From the NCBI GenBank assembly GCA_022571985.1, contig JACZWU010000008.1:65019-129018 (forward strand): DNA of 64,000 nt, written 5' to 3'. Source of the stretch: Candidatus Zixiibacteriota bacterium (GTDB taxonomy: Bacteria; Zixibacteria; MSB-5A5; GN15; FEB-12). The notes beneath the pieces were generated by a model. It saw nothing but the letters and a program-made list of their open reading frames with translations. It did not search any database and had not been told where the DNA came from. A program made the translations under genes and the position numbers. Every line of letters begins with the position of its first letter. Positions within the stretch are counted from its first letter, which is position 1. Of the stretch, positions 9,660 through 17,944 are shown in pieces.

Positions 9660-12095
9660 CTAAGAAACGGGAGACCTGGCTGGCACTACTTTATTTGCTT
9701 TTGTAACTATAGTAATTGTCTTGTCCAGTTCTTCTCTTACTACTGCGGCTAAGGTTGCCAGATCGAGCGGTTTTTTGATATACTTGCCAACACCGAGCTT
9801 GAGTGCTTGTTCGACTCTTTCATTAGCAGAAAATCCACTTATAATAATTGCTCTTTGCATAGGCTGGTGCTCGAGCATGCAGCGATAAGTATCCAAACCG
9901 TCAAATCCTTTCTCCAGAATCATATCAAGTAGTACTAAATCAACTGGTCGAGTTTGCACGTAGTTGACAGCGTCCCGGCCGTCTTTGGCAGTAAAAACTT
10001 CGTAGCCCAGAGCGGTCAAACTGTCCGCTAAAAGAAGGCGCTGTCCTTCAACGTCATCTACTACCAGTATAGTTTCTGTACCACCGACTACGTCGGTCTC
10101 AGATGGCAGCTCCGGCATGGCTTCGTTTGTGGCCGGGAAAAAGAGAATGAACTCAGTTCCCTTGCCTAGTTCTGACTGGATATCATAGAAACCTTGATGA
10201 TCTTTTACGATGGCGTAAACTACTGACAATCCTAAGCCGCTGCCGCTGCGCCCCTGCATTTCTTTGTTTGAAAAATACGGTTCGAAAATTTTGCTCATGT
10301 CTTCGGGACGAATGCCGCAGCCAGTATCTTTGACGCTCATAATAACGTATTCGCCTTCAGCAATAGTCTTATTGTCAATTTGCAATTCATGTGCCTGGCG
10401 GGTGAATGTTCTAATCGTCAACTCTCCCTCCTCCCCCATAGCATCCATGGCGTTGACAATCAGGTTCATTATTACTTTGGAGAGGTGCGGAGAGGATCCT
10501 CTGATTGGTGAGATATCCGGGTCAAATTCTGTCTTGACTGTAACTTTGGGATGTCGGTGGGCTAAATCTTCAAATCCGGGTGAGTCAAGATATTCTCTTA
10601 TCATCTCGTTGGAATCCATTGCAACAAGTTTATATCTTCCGCGCCTGGCCATTGTCAAAAGATCCTGCACTACGCTGGCTGCGTCGCGGGCAGCTTTTTC
10701 AATTTGCTTGAGTTGTTTTCTGACCGGACTATCTTTTGGAAGCTTTCTCATAATTAGTTCAGGATAACCGACCAAAGGTCCCAGCACGTTGTTTAGATCG
10801 TGGGCAACACCGCCTGCCAAAAGACCGAGAGATTTCATCCGCTCGGCCTTTTCGAGTTGGCTCTGGAGTTTTTCGTTTTTCCGTTCTTCTTCAACCTCGT
10901 AGCGAATGTCTCTCATTATTGTGCTAAGATAAACAGGTTTACCAGAAGAATTGTCCTTAATCATGAATACACTCGCCTCGCAAATTATGGGCTCACCTGT
11001 CTTGAAGTCTTTGAGTTTTAAACTACCTCTCCAAATACCGTTTTTGAAAACGGCAGGAAATACAGTTTCTTCTATTATTTTAAAATGGTCTGCAGTATGA
11101 AAATCTTTTATGCGCAGCATTGATATTTCTATTGAGGGATCTATATTTAGGAGCCTGCATCCTGCCGGATTAACATACAGAACGTGCCCATCTAAGGATG
11201 CTATAGCGATAAAGTCCGGAAAGTGACTTACAATGGTTTGAAGTTTTGAGCGCTCGCCTTCAGCAATGAATTTTAACTCTTTCTCCTTCTGCAGAGTCAG
11301 CCTCTCTGTCTCCCGTAAATTGGTGATATCACGGAAAACGGAAACGCAACCTATAAACGTGCCTCGCTTGTCTTTCATAGAATCAATTGTGATTTCAATC
11401 GGGATTTCATTTCCCGAGTTATTAATCAGTATGAAATCTCTTGTAAGTTCGTAATTCTTAAGTTCCTCCAGTCGCTGGCGAGTTGGGTACTCAAAAGGCC
11501 GGCCGGTATTTTCGTCTACGAGGTTCAGAACATCCCTTATAGGTACGCCGATGGCATTGTCAGCGTTATAACCAGTTAGCATTTCTGCCGAGGGGTTCAT
11601 AAAATCGACTTGATTCTGAGAGTCCGAAGCGATAACAGCATCTCCGATGCTCCACAGAACAGTTTGCAGCCAAGTTCGATGCGCCCTAAGTTCTTTTCCT
11701 AATTTATGGCGATGAAGGGCGATATCTATTGTAGTCTGAATCTCTATGTCTTCGAAAGGTTTTAAGAGGAAGGCAAGTGGACCTGCCGCTTTTGCGCGGT
11801 CAATAGTAGCGCTATCTGAATTTGCAGACAGGAAAACTATCGGGAGATCATACTCTTTTCTGATTAAAGAGGCAGTCTCAATTCCATCAATATCTCCCCG
11901 GATCTGAATATCCATCAGGACGATATCAGGCATCTCTTCTTTTATCAGGCGCAGGGCGTCACGGCCGTTACCTACAGTAGAAGGTACTTCGTACCCCAAC
12001 TGCTCCAATCGCTGCTTTATATCTAAAGCTGCAGTTATTTCATCTTCTACTACCAGGATTTTTGGCTTTGCTTTGTTGTCAAGTTCGAGCTGCAA
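9660..12095 (-). CDS. hybrid sensor histidine kinase/response regulator (REC-PAS-PAS-HisKA-HATPase-REC)
   Basis: TTG start. N-terminal REC (ILVVEDE..DIVLMDIQI), H-box GGVAHDLNN, the N box and G boxes (GSGLGLS), and a C-terminal REC (ILVVDD..DLVLLDM). Confidence 0.9.
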   Translation of the reverse strand: MQLELDNKAKPKILVVEDEITAALDIKQRLEQLGYEVPSTVGNGRDALRLIKEEMPDIVLMDIQIRGDIDGIETASLIRKEYDLPIVFLSANSDSATIDRAKAAGPLAFLLKPFEDIEIQTTIDIALHRHKLGKELRAHRTWLQTVLWSIGDAVIASDSQNQVDFMNPSAEMLTGYNADNAIGVPIRDVLNLVDENTGRPFEYPTRQRLEELKNYELTRDFILINNSGNEIPIEITIDSMKDKRGTFIGCVSVFRDITNLRETERLTLQKEKELKFIAEGERSKLQTIVSHFPDFIAIASLDGHVLYVNPAGCRLLNIDPSIEISMLRIKDFHTADHFKIIEETVFPAVFKNGIWRGSLKLKDFKTGEPIICEASVFMIKDNSSGKPVYLSTIMRDIRYEVEEERKNEKLQSQLEKAERMKSLGLLAGGVAHDLNNVLGPLVGYPELIMRKLPKDSPVRKQLKQIEKAARDAASVVQDLLTMARRGRYKLVAMDSNEMIREYLDSPGFEDLAHRHPKVTVKTEFDPDISPIRGSSPHLSKVIMNLIVNAMDAMGEEGELTIRTFTRQAHELQIDNKTIAEGEYVIMSVKDTGCGIRPEDMSKIFEPYFSNKEMQGRSGSGLGLSVVYAIVKDHQGFYDIQSELGKGTEFILFFPATNEAMPELPSETDVVGGTETILVVDDVEGQRLLLADSLTALGYEVFTAKDGRDAVNYVQTRPVDLVLLDMILEKGFDGLDTYRCMLEHQPMQRAIIISGFSANERVEQALKLGVGKYIKKPLDLATLAAVVREELDKTITIVTKANKVVPARSPVS

Positions 12096-12516
12096 ACTTC
12101 ATCCTGAGGTTCTCATTGAGCGATCTGCGTGGTGTTTAGCCCTGAGTAAAGCCGGGACCTACAAGATGTTAGCAAAAACCACGGATAGCTCGGTGTTAGT
12201 CAATGTTGTCTAGTCAAACCGATAGGTCCAGTGTACCAACGATATATATCGGCCATATTTGACCATAGCTTAGTCACTTTGGTCTTGATGGGCATACCAG
12301 CTGGCAGGTTAGGAAGATCCGGAGCTGATTCCTTTGTGAACAGCCGCCAACTATATAACAGCTCCTGCTTTATTCCTTGCGTTTTCAATTGAAACGAATA
12401 CTGTTCCACAGAGTATAGTCTCTCTCCCATAGAGATGTTTCATCATTTCTTTGCAAACCCCCAGAATCGCCATTGCAACCAGCTGCAATACAGTAACTTA
12501 GAACTAAATTTCAGTT

Positions 12517-12532
12517 TGGCACAGCTACTGCA
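12517..12532 (+). promoter_or_regulatory. sigma-54 type -24/-12 promoter upstream of the first pilin gene
   Basis: TGGCAC-AGCTA-CTGCA vs consensus TGGCAC-N5-TTGCW. GG-N10-GC spacing is exact. It lies about 50 nt upstream of the ATG at 12583. Confidence 0.45.
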
Positions 12533-12582
12533 CTTAGACTTAAGTGGAAACAGTGCAGCGCACTCAAAAGGAGCAGATTCTA

Positions 12583-13107
12583 ATGAAAAAAATTATTACA
12601 AGAGCAGCTGTTGTTCTTCTACTTGCTGTTTTTATGGTACCAAGCGCCAAAAGCCAGGAAATAGGTATAATTCAGGCCACAGCTACTGTAATTTCCAGTT
12701 TGAGCATACTGGGTTCTAATAACTTAGTCTTTGGGTCAGTCACCCCCGGAATAAATAAAATTGTACCCAGAACTTCAGCCGGATTTGCCGGTGAGTGGTC
12801 AATTACTGGTACCAGTTTAGCGGAATTGTCGTTGACATTGACACTTCCTACTGTGCTGAACCATACTTCAACTGCGGCGACAATGCCTATCAATTTTAAC
12901 AGTACCGACGCTGCCTTAAGCGACGGCTCCGGCAGCCAGACGGTACCGAATGCAGTAATAGACCCCAACGGACCGTCAGTTTTCAGACTTGGTCTCGGTG
13001 GTCTAATGTATGTCTGGATAGGTGGTACAGTACAACCGACTGTTGCTCAGAGCGGCGGTGATTACGCTTCGAATGTTACCTTGACGATAGCCTATACGGG
13101 CAATTGA
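12583..13107 (+). CDS. DUF4402/SCPU-like fimbrial subunit (subfamily A)
   Basis: ORF 12544..13107 trimmed to the ATG after the AAGGAG SD. Signal peptide ..VPSAKS/QE, ATATVISSLSI..NLVFGSV, and C-terminal GDYASNVTLTIAYTGN. Confidence 0.7.
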   Translation: MKKIITRAAVVLLLAVFMVPSAKSQEIGIIQATATVISSLSILGSNNLVFGSVTPGINKIVPRTSAGFAGEWSITGTSLAELSLTLTLPTVLNHTSTAATMPINFNSTDAALSDGSGSQTVPNAVIDPNGPSVFRLGLGGLMYVWIGGTVQPTVAQSGGDYASNVTLTIAYTGN

Positions 13108-13206
13108 TAGAGGTAATATTACTGTCCATATTCGGTCGTCTGCCGAATCGTATTGACAAATTTACGTTTCTGACTATGTTGTTGATGTACTTACAAGTGT
13201 ACATCA

Positions 13207-13647
13207 ATGGCAGAAATGAAGCGATTATACTATTGTATTCTAATATTCGGATTATTCTATGGCGGTATTAATTCTGCATATTCTGAGCCGTCTTTAATGC
13301 TTTCTAACTCTGCAGATATTCGGGTAAGCGCCACAGTAATTAACCCGGTTGGATTCGTCTCTATAAAATCCGATAAAGAAATTCAACCAGCCGGAAGAAC
13401 TTTTGAAATTAATTCAAGCCACGAAATTTCTGTTCTAATCAGAGGGAATACTCTTCTGGAAATTGAAAACGGGCAGAGAAAATTCTTTTTAATCTCATCT
13501 GAAGATTTTGGCGTCTTTACTTTTAGCAATAATCTGCTCTGGTCTGATATTACGCTTCTAATATCAGTAAAATCAGCAGAACTGTCTGGCAAGACAACAA
13601 CCGATTCTTCGCTCTGTCTGATCAGACTAATTACTATCTCAGATTAG
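13207..13647 (+). CDS. secreted hypothetical protein inside the pilin array (no VAYTG terminus)
   Basis: Signal peptide ..GGINSAYS/EP, and a beta-rich sequence with ADIRVSATVINPVG near the N-terminus. It ends ..CLIRLITISD. Confidence 0.5.
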   Translation: MAEMKRLYYCILIFGLFYGGINSAYSEPSLMLSNSADIRVSATVINPVGFVSIKSDKEIQPAGRTFEINSSHEISVLIRGNTLLEIENGQRKFFLISSEDFGVFTFSNNLLWSDITLLISVKSAELSGKTTTDSSLCLIRLITISD

Positions 13648-13722
13648 TTTATCTGCAAATTGAAGTTGACTCAAACTTAGCCGCCGAATAGACTTAAGTC
13701 TTGTTAAACTAGGGAGCTTTGC

Positions 13723-14187
13723 ATGAAGCGTTTGTTCATTGGTGTCACTTTATCCTTTCTGATAGCTGCCAGCAGCCCGGCGCAGACCATTACAGTCAAT
13801 AATAATCTGGTGTTTGGTGATATGTTTCCGGGGGTCCCCAACACTATTTCCAAATATACGGCAGGAGCTGCAGCTGAATTTCACGTTCGCGGAACTACTG
13901 GAGCCGAAATTGCAATACAATTTACGCTTCCGACTAAGATGACAAAAATTGGTGTCAGCATCCAGCTAATTTTCTTTGATACCGATTGCTCGGTTGACCC
14001 TCGCCCCAACCCCCTTCAGACTTCGCCGCTGCATGACAATCTGGATCCCTGGTCAACTTTGCTGTACAAATTAGGTGCCCGGGGATTAACAATATATCTG
14101 GGCGGAACAGCAGTTCCGAGAATAGTGCAGCCGCCCGGTGCCTATACCGCAGATATTACTTTAACGGTAGCCTATACGGGCGCATGA
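13723..14187 (+). CDS. DUF4402/SCPU-like fimbrial subunit (subfamily B, copy 1)
   Basis: AGGGAG SD and a signal peptide. QTITVNNNLVFGDMFPG ... AYTADITLTVAYTGA. It is a clear paralog of the next gene. Confidence 0.7.
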   Translation: MKRLFIGVTLSFLIAASSPAQTITVNNNLVFGDMFPGVPNTISKYTAGAAAEFHVRGTTGAEIAIQFTLPTKMTKIGVSIQLIFFDTDCSVDPRPNPLQTSPLHDNLDPWSTLLYKLGARGLTIYLGGTAVPRIVQPPGAYTADITLTVAYTGA

Positions 14188-14188
14188 G

Positions 14189-14650
14189 ATGAAATATCTC
14201 GTTGTAATCTCAGCTTTTCTCTTATTAGCCGCCAGCTGTCCGGCACAGACAATTACGCTCAATAATGACCTAATATTTGGTAATGTGTTTCCCGGTATTC
14301 CCATGACGATAACCAAGTACTCGGTAGGTTCTGCCGCAGAGTTTCATGTGGCCGGTACCAGCGGAGCAGAAATTTCAATACAATTCGCCCTGCCAACTTA
14401 TATGCACGGCAGCGGATTTAATATTGAGATGATTTTCTTCGAAACTGATTGTTCAATTGATACGTTAGCAAGCCCCAGCCAAACTTCTCCTCTATTTGAC
14501 AATTTAAATCCCTGGACAACATTGGTCTACAGGTTAGGTTCAGCAGGGCTAACTCTCTGGCTGGGAGGTACTGCCATTCCCAAAGTAGTGCAGCCACCCG
14601 GTTCTTACACTGCTACTATTGTATTAACAGTAGCCTATACCGGCGCCTGA
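14189..14650 (+). CDS. DUF4402/SCPU-like fimbrial subunit (subfamily B, copy 2)
   Basis: Starts 1 nt after the previous stop. QTITLNNDLIFGNVFPG ... SYTATIVLTVAYTGA. Confidence 0.7.
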   Translation: MKYLVVISAFLLLAASCPAQTITLNNDLIFGNVFPGIPMTITKYSVGSAAEFHVAGTSGAEISIQFALPTYMHGSGFNIEMIFFETDCSIDTLASPSQTSPLFDNLNPWTTLVYRLGSAGLTLWLGGTAIPKVVQPPGSYTATIVLTVAYTGA

Positions 14651-14863
14651 TCAAAAATTGCAATTTTGCTCAGTTATTAGACATAATCCCCTGACTATCA
14701 TATATTTAGCTAATAACCTATAAACTCATTTTCAGAGTAGTCGAAATTAAGGCTCATAGGCCGGATCGTTCGCTATTTACAGACAGTGCGGCCCAATCAG
14801 TCTCAAACAAGTGTGATAAAAAAACTTAATATTAGGTAATAGCAACCGGAAAGGGAGACCGAG

Positions 14864-15424
14864 ATGAACAAAAGGGGAGTAGGAAGGAAGTTCGCAGCAG
14901 TAGTAGTCGTAGCAATCATCTGCTTCAGTTTAAGCGTGACCAGTGTTCGGGCACAGGATGTTGCCACAGGCACAGCCACAGCTACAGTATTGGCTGCATT
15001 ATCAGTCATCGCCGCGCAGAATCTGATATTTGGAAACATCTACCAGGGAGTAGCTGCTACAGTAGCCAATAATATTGACGCCAGCTCAGGAATCTTTAAC
15101 ATACTCGGACAGGGCAGCGCCGGAATTTCTATCAGTATTGTTCTTCCGCAATTCATAGCTTTGGCCAACGGCTCTGACAGGATGACAATCGGCTTTAGCT
15201 CAACAGACGCAACAGTCGATTCTAATAATACTACTCCAGCTACAGTAGTTGCTGGTGATGGCTGGATTAACACGAATCCAAATAATCTGCCAGCCGGTAC
15301 TGTCATTGGCGCCGCCGGCCAGACAAATATCTATTTGGGCGGAAGAGTCTACCCTTCAGTTGACCAAACTGCGGGAGCCTACAGCGGAGATATAATTCTA
15401 ACCGTAGCCTATAATGGAACCTGA
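14864..15424 (+). CDS. DUF4402/SCPU-like fimbrial subunit (subfamily C, copy 1)
   Basis: AGGGAG SD and a signal peptide ..SVRA/QD. ATGTATATVLAALSV..NLIFGNIYQG ... AYSGDIILTVAYNGT. Confidence 0.75.
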   Translation: MNKRGVGRKFAAVVVVAIICFSLSVTSVRAQDVATGTATATVLAALSVIAAQNLIFGNIYQGVAATVANNIDASSGIFNILGQGSAGISISIVLPQFIALANGSDRMTIGFSSTDATVDSNNTTPATVVAGDGWINTNPNNLPAGTVIGAAGQTNIYLGGRVYPSVDQTAGAYSGDIILTVAYNGT

Positions 15425-15446
15425 TCTCAAGTAATACTCGAATTTG

Positions 15447-15481
15447 AGCGCCCCAATAGTTAAGCTGTTGGGGCGCTTTTG
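15447..15481 (+). terminator. intrinsic terminator after pilin C1
   Basis: AGCGCCCCAA / 11-nt loop / TTGGGGCGCT (10-bp stem), then TTTTG. Confidence 0.65.
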
Positions 15482-15673
15482 CTTACCAACAAGAACGCGC
15501 TTATTCTCATCATAATGGCGTTTTTTCTCAAACTATTCAAAATTTAATCAAAACAGTGCTTGAAGCTGTTAAGTTTTTGAGCTCTTGGGCGATACTCATA
15601 CAAAAGAGCCAATAGGGGCTGCTTTTAACTATTCGAAAAGTAAACATGAAGAGCAAAAATTACACAGGTTCGC

Positions 15674-15776
15674 TTGTAACATCGCTGAGATTGCACCAAT
15701 GGCTGAAAACTACTTTACTACAAATTCATATTCGATTGTAACTTCGCAGAGATTGCACCAATGGCCGAAGACTACG
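15674..15776 (+). repeat. 62-bp-period tandem duplication covering the 5' end of pilin C2
   Basis: TTGTAACATCGCTGAGATTGCACCAATGGCTGAAAACTAC (15674-) vs TTGTAACTTCGCAGAGATTGCACCAATGGCCGAAGACTAC (15736-). Confidence 0.8.
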
Positions 15777-16295
15777 CTACTGGTGTTATCATTACTAATT
15801 GTTGCAGCCGGTAGTGGCATGACACAGGACGTCGCTGTCGGACAGGCAACGGCAACTGTGCTGGCCACACTTACAGTTTCATCAACAGCAGCTTTGGTCT
15901 TTGGAAATGTATATCAAGGCGTTAGCAGTACCATTGCCAATAACAATGCCAGCGCCGGCGTCTTTGCAATTACCGGAGCCGCCAGTTCAGGAATTATGAT
16001 ATTTATGGCACTTCCCAACTATGTCGCATTGGCCGACGGAAGTGACCGTATGACGATTTCATTCAGTTCGACTGATGCTTCGGTTGATACACTGGGTGCC
16101 GCTAACCCGACCACTATGGCAGCAGGCTCCGGTTTTCAGAACATAAATCCGCATAACTTTCCTGCGGCCGCAGTGATAGGTGCTGGCGGAACGACTAATA
16201 TTTACCTGGGCGGTAAAGTCTTGCCAACCATTGATCAAACCGCTGGTGCTTACACAGGTGACATAATTTTGACAGTTGCTTATACAGGGAATTAA
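15699..16295 (+). CDS. DUF4402/SCPU-like fimbrial subunit (subfamily C, copy 2); start uncertain
   Basis: The mature part QDVAVGQATATVLATLTV..ALVFGNVYQG ... AYTGDIILTVAYTGN is clear. Candidate starts are the ATG at 15699 (long N-region) or the in-frame TTG at 15753 (normal signal peptide HQWPKTTLLVLSLLIVAAG). Confidence 0.65.
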   Translation: MAENYFTTNSYSIVTSQRLHQWPKTTLLVLSLLIVAAGSGMTQDVAVGQATATVLATLTVSSTAALVFGNVYQGVSSTIANNNASAGVFAITGAASSGIMIFMALPNYVALADGSDRMTISFSSTDASVDTLGAANPTTMAAGSGFQNINPHNFPAAAVIGAGGTTNIYLGGKVLPTIDQTAGAYTGDIILTVAYTGN

Positions 16296-16360
16296 GAAAG
16301 TAAAAAGTGAACAAAAATAAGAAACAATTCAACCACTTAATCCAACTAAGGAGTAACAAC

Positions 16361-16921
16361 ATGCGATTAAACGTAATGAATCGTTCTGTAAAGATCATTC
16401 TGTTCGTTGCACTGGCGGCTGTTTTGGCAGTTCCGTCAGTAGTAAACTCTCAGGATGTTGCAACAGGTTCAGCTACGGCTACAGTCTTGACTGCTCTGGC
16501 CGTAACTTCAACTGCCGCACTTATCTTCGGTAATGTCTTTCAGGGCGTTGCCGCAACAATCGGCAATGATAACGCCGCAGCCGGTATTTATACCTTAACC
16601 GGTAATGCCAGCGCTATTCTTTCAATCTATATGGCTTTGCCCGAATTCGTGGCTTTAGCTGATGGCAGCGACAAGATGACTATTTCATTCAGTGCAACCG
16701 ATGCCTCAGTTGACACCCTCGGCGGCGCCGATCCGACCGCTATGGTAGCAGGCGCCGGTTTTCAGAACATCGATCCACACAACTTCCCCGCGGCCTCAAA
16801 TATAGGTTCGGGTGGAACAACCAATATTTATCTCGGCGGTAAAATATATCCGACTATTGACCAGGCAGCCGGCGCTTATACTGGAGATATAGTATTGACA
16901 GTGGCCTATACTGGCAGTTGA
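16361..16921 (+). CDS. DUF4402/SCPU-like fimbrial subunit (subfamily C, copy 3)
   Basis: ORF 16307..16921 trimmed to the ATG after the AAGGAG SD. Signal peptide ..SVVNS/QD. ATGSATATVLTALAV ... AYTGDIVLTVAYTGS. Confidence 0.75.
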   Translation: MRLNVMNRSVKIILFVALAAVLAVPSVVNSQDVATGSATATVLTALAVTSTAALIFGNVFQGVAATIGNDNAAAGIYTLTGNASAILSIYMALPEFVALADGSDKMTISFSATDASVDTLGGADPTAMVAGAGFQNIDPHNFPAASNIGSGGTTNIYLGGKIYPTIDQAAGAYTGDIVLTVAYTGS

Positions 16922-17045
16922 AAAAAGTTGTAGATTGTTGAACGACTTGAATAGATAATTACTATTGATAATTTGCCGGGGAGTGGCCTTTGTAGGCTGC
17001 TCCCTCTGGCAGTTGAAAGAAAATAGTAAACATTGGAAGGTTACT

Positions 17046-17915
17046 ATGATTACAAAATGGCAGAATTGCCGGATTCCGATTAAGGGGCGTCACTTTATTA
17101 CAGGTGCGGTTATTGCCCTTACTTTATTGATAGGCCATGTCAAAGCAGGTGTTCTGGTAGCGCCTACTGTTGTCTTTATGGACGAGCACAAACGAACCGG
17201 CCGGATAACTGTTCAGAACCCCTCCGACGAGCCCAAAGAAATTACGATTCGTATGAGTTTCGGCCTGCCCACATCGGACAGTCTCGGAAACGTCTTTGTC
17301 AACCTTCAGGACTCAGGTATCACAGATATAAAAGCAGCCACCAGCTGGGTCAAGCCTTTTCCCCGCAAGATGCTGCTTGAGCCCGGTGCGACCCAGGTTA
17401 TACGTTTTGTGGCAAGACCTCCCAAGGACCTGATTGACGGTGAATACTGGGCACGGGTTGTGGTTACTTCGCAGGAAGGAATAACCTCTCTGCCCAATCC
17501 GACAGGTGAAGGTCAGATATCCACTGTACTGAATATGATTATGCAAACTGCAATCATGTTGAAATACCGCCAGGGAGATCAGATTGCTCATGTAAAGCTG
17601 AACGGCGTAGATGCTGTCCATGAAGACACTTTGGTGAGCGTCATAGTCGATTTGTCCAGTACTGGCAATGCCTCATATGTGGGAATGATGCACTGCCGTC
17701 TTTTTAATTCCGACAAGCAGGAGATAGGCTATCGCCGCTTTGACCTGGCGGTCTATCATGATTTGAAAAGGCGGGTAACTTTTCCTATTGCGTCCTATAA
17801 GGGCGGTGCGCCTTATTCGTTTGAACTATACATTACACCCAACGGCCGCAAGGATATTGCCGCTGAGTATCTGATAAGAGGAAACGAAATCGAATACTCA
17901 ATGACTCTTCCGTAG
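17046..17915 (+). CDS. PapD-like periplasmic fimbrial chaperone
   Basis: ORF 16965..17915 trimmed to the ATG after GGAAGG. Signal peptide, then VLVAPTVVFMDEHKRTGRITVQNPSDEPKEITI and VKPFPRKMLLEPGATQVIRFVARPP, which match the two conserved chaperone segments. Confidence 0.6.
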   Translation: MITKWQNCRIPIKGRHFITGAVIALTLLIGHVKAGVLVAPTVVFMDEHKRTGRITVQNPSDEPKEITIRMSFGLPTSDSLGNVFVNLQDSGITDIKAATSWVKPFPRKMLLEPGATQVIRFVARPPKDLIDGEYWARVVVTSQEGITSLPNPTGEGQISTVLNMIMQTAIMLKYRQGDQIAHVKLNGVDAVHEDTLVSVIVDLSSTGNASYVGMMHCRLFNSDKQEIGYRRFDLAVYHDLKRRVTFPIASYKGGAPYSFELYITPNGRKDIAAEYLIRGNEIEYSMTLP

Positions 17916-17944
17916 TATCGCTGCTGATGTAGAAGAACCTGCTT

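Noticed and set aside
12200-12430. 76-aa minus-strand ORF in the long kinase-pilin intergenic region, with a degenerate GACCTACAA hairpin-family remnant about 30 nt downstream.
   Set aside because: It has no SD, no recognisable motif, and the downstream element lacks a complementary arm. It might be a real small gene, but the sequence alone does not support calling it.
12583-16921. Repetitive look of the region (possible CRISPR or satellite array).
   Set aside because: The repeats are whole paralogous protein-coding genes with signal peptides and SD sites. There are no short identical direct repeats with unique spacers. No CRISPR-like array was seen anywhere in the window.
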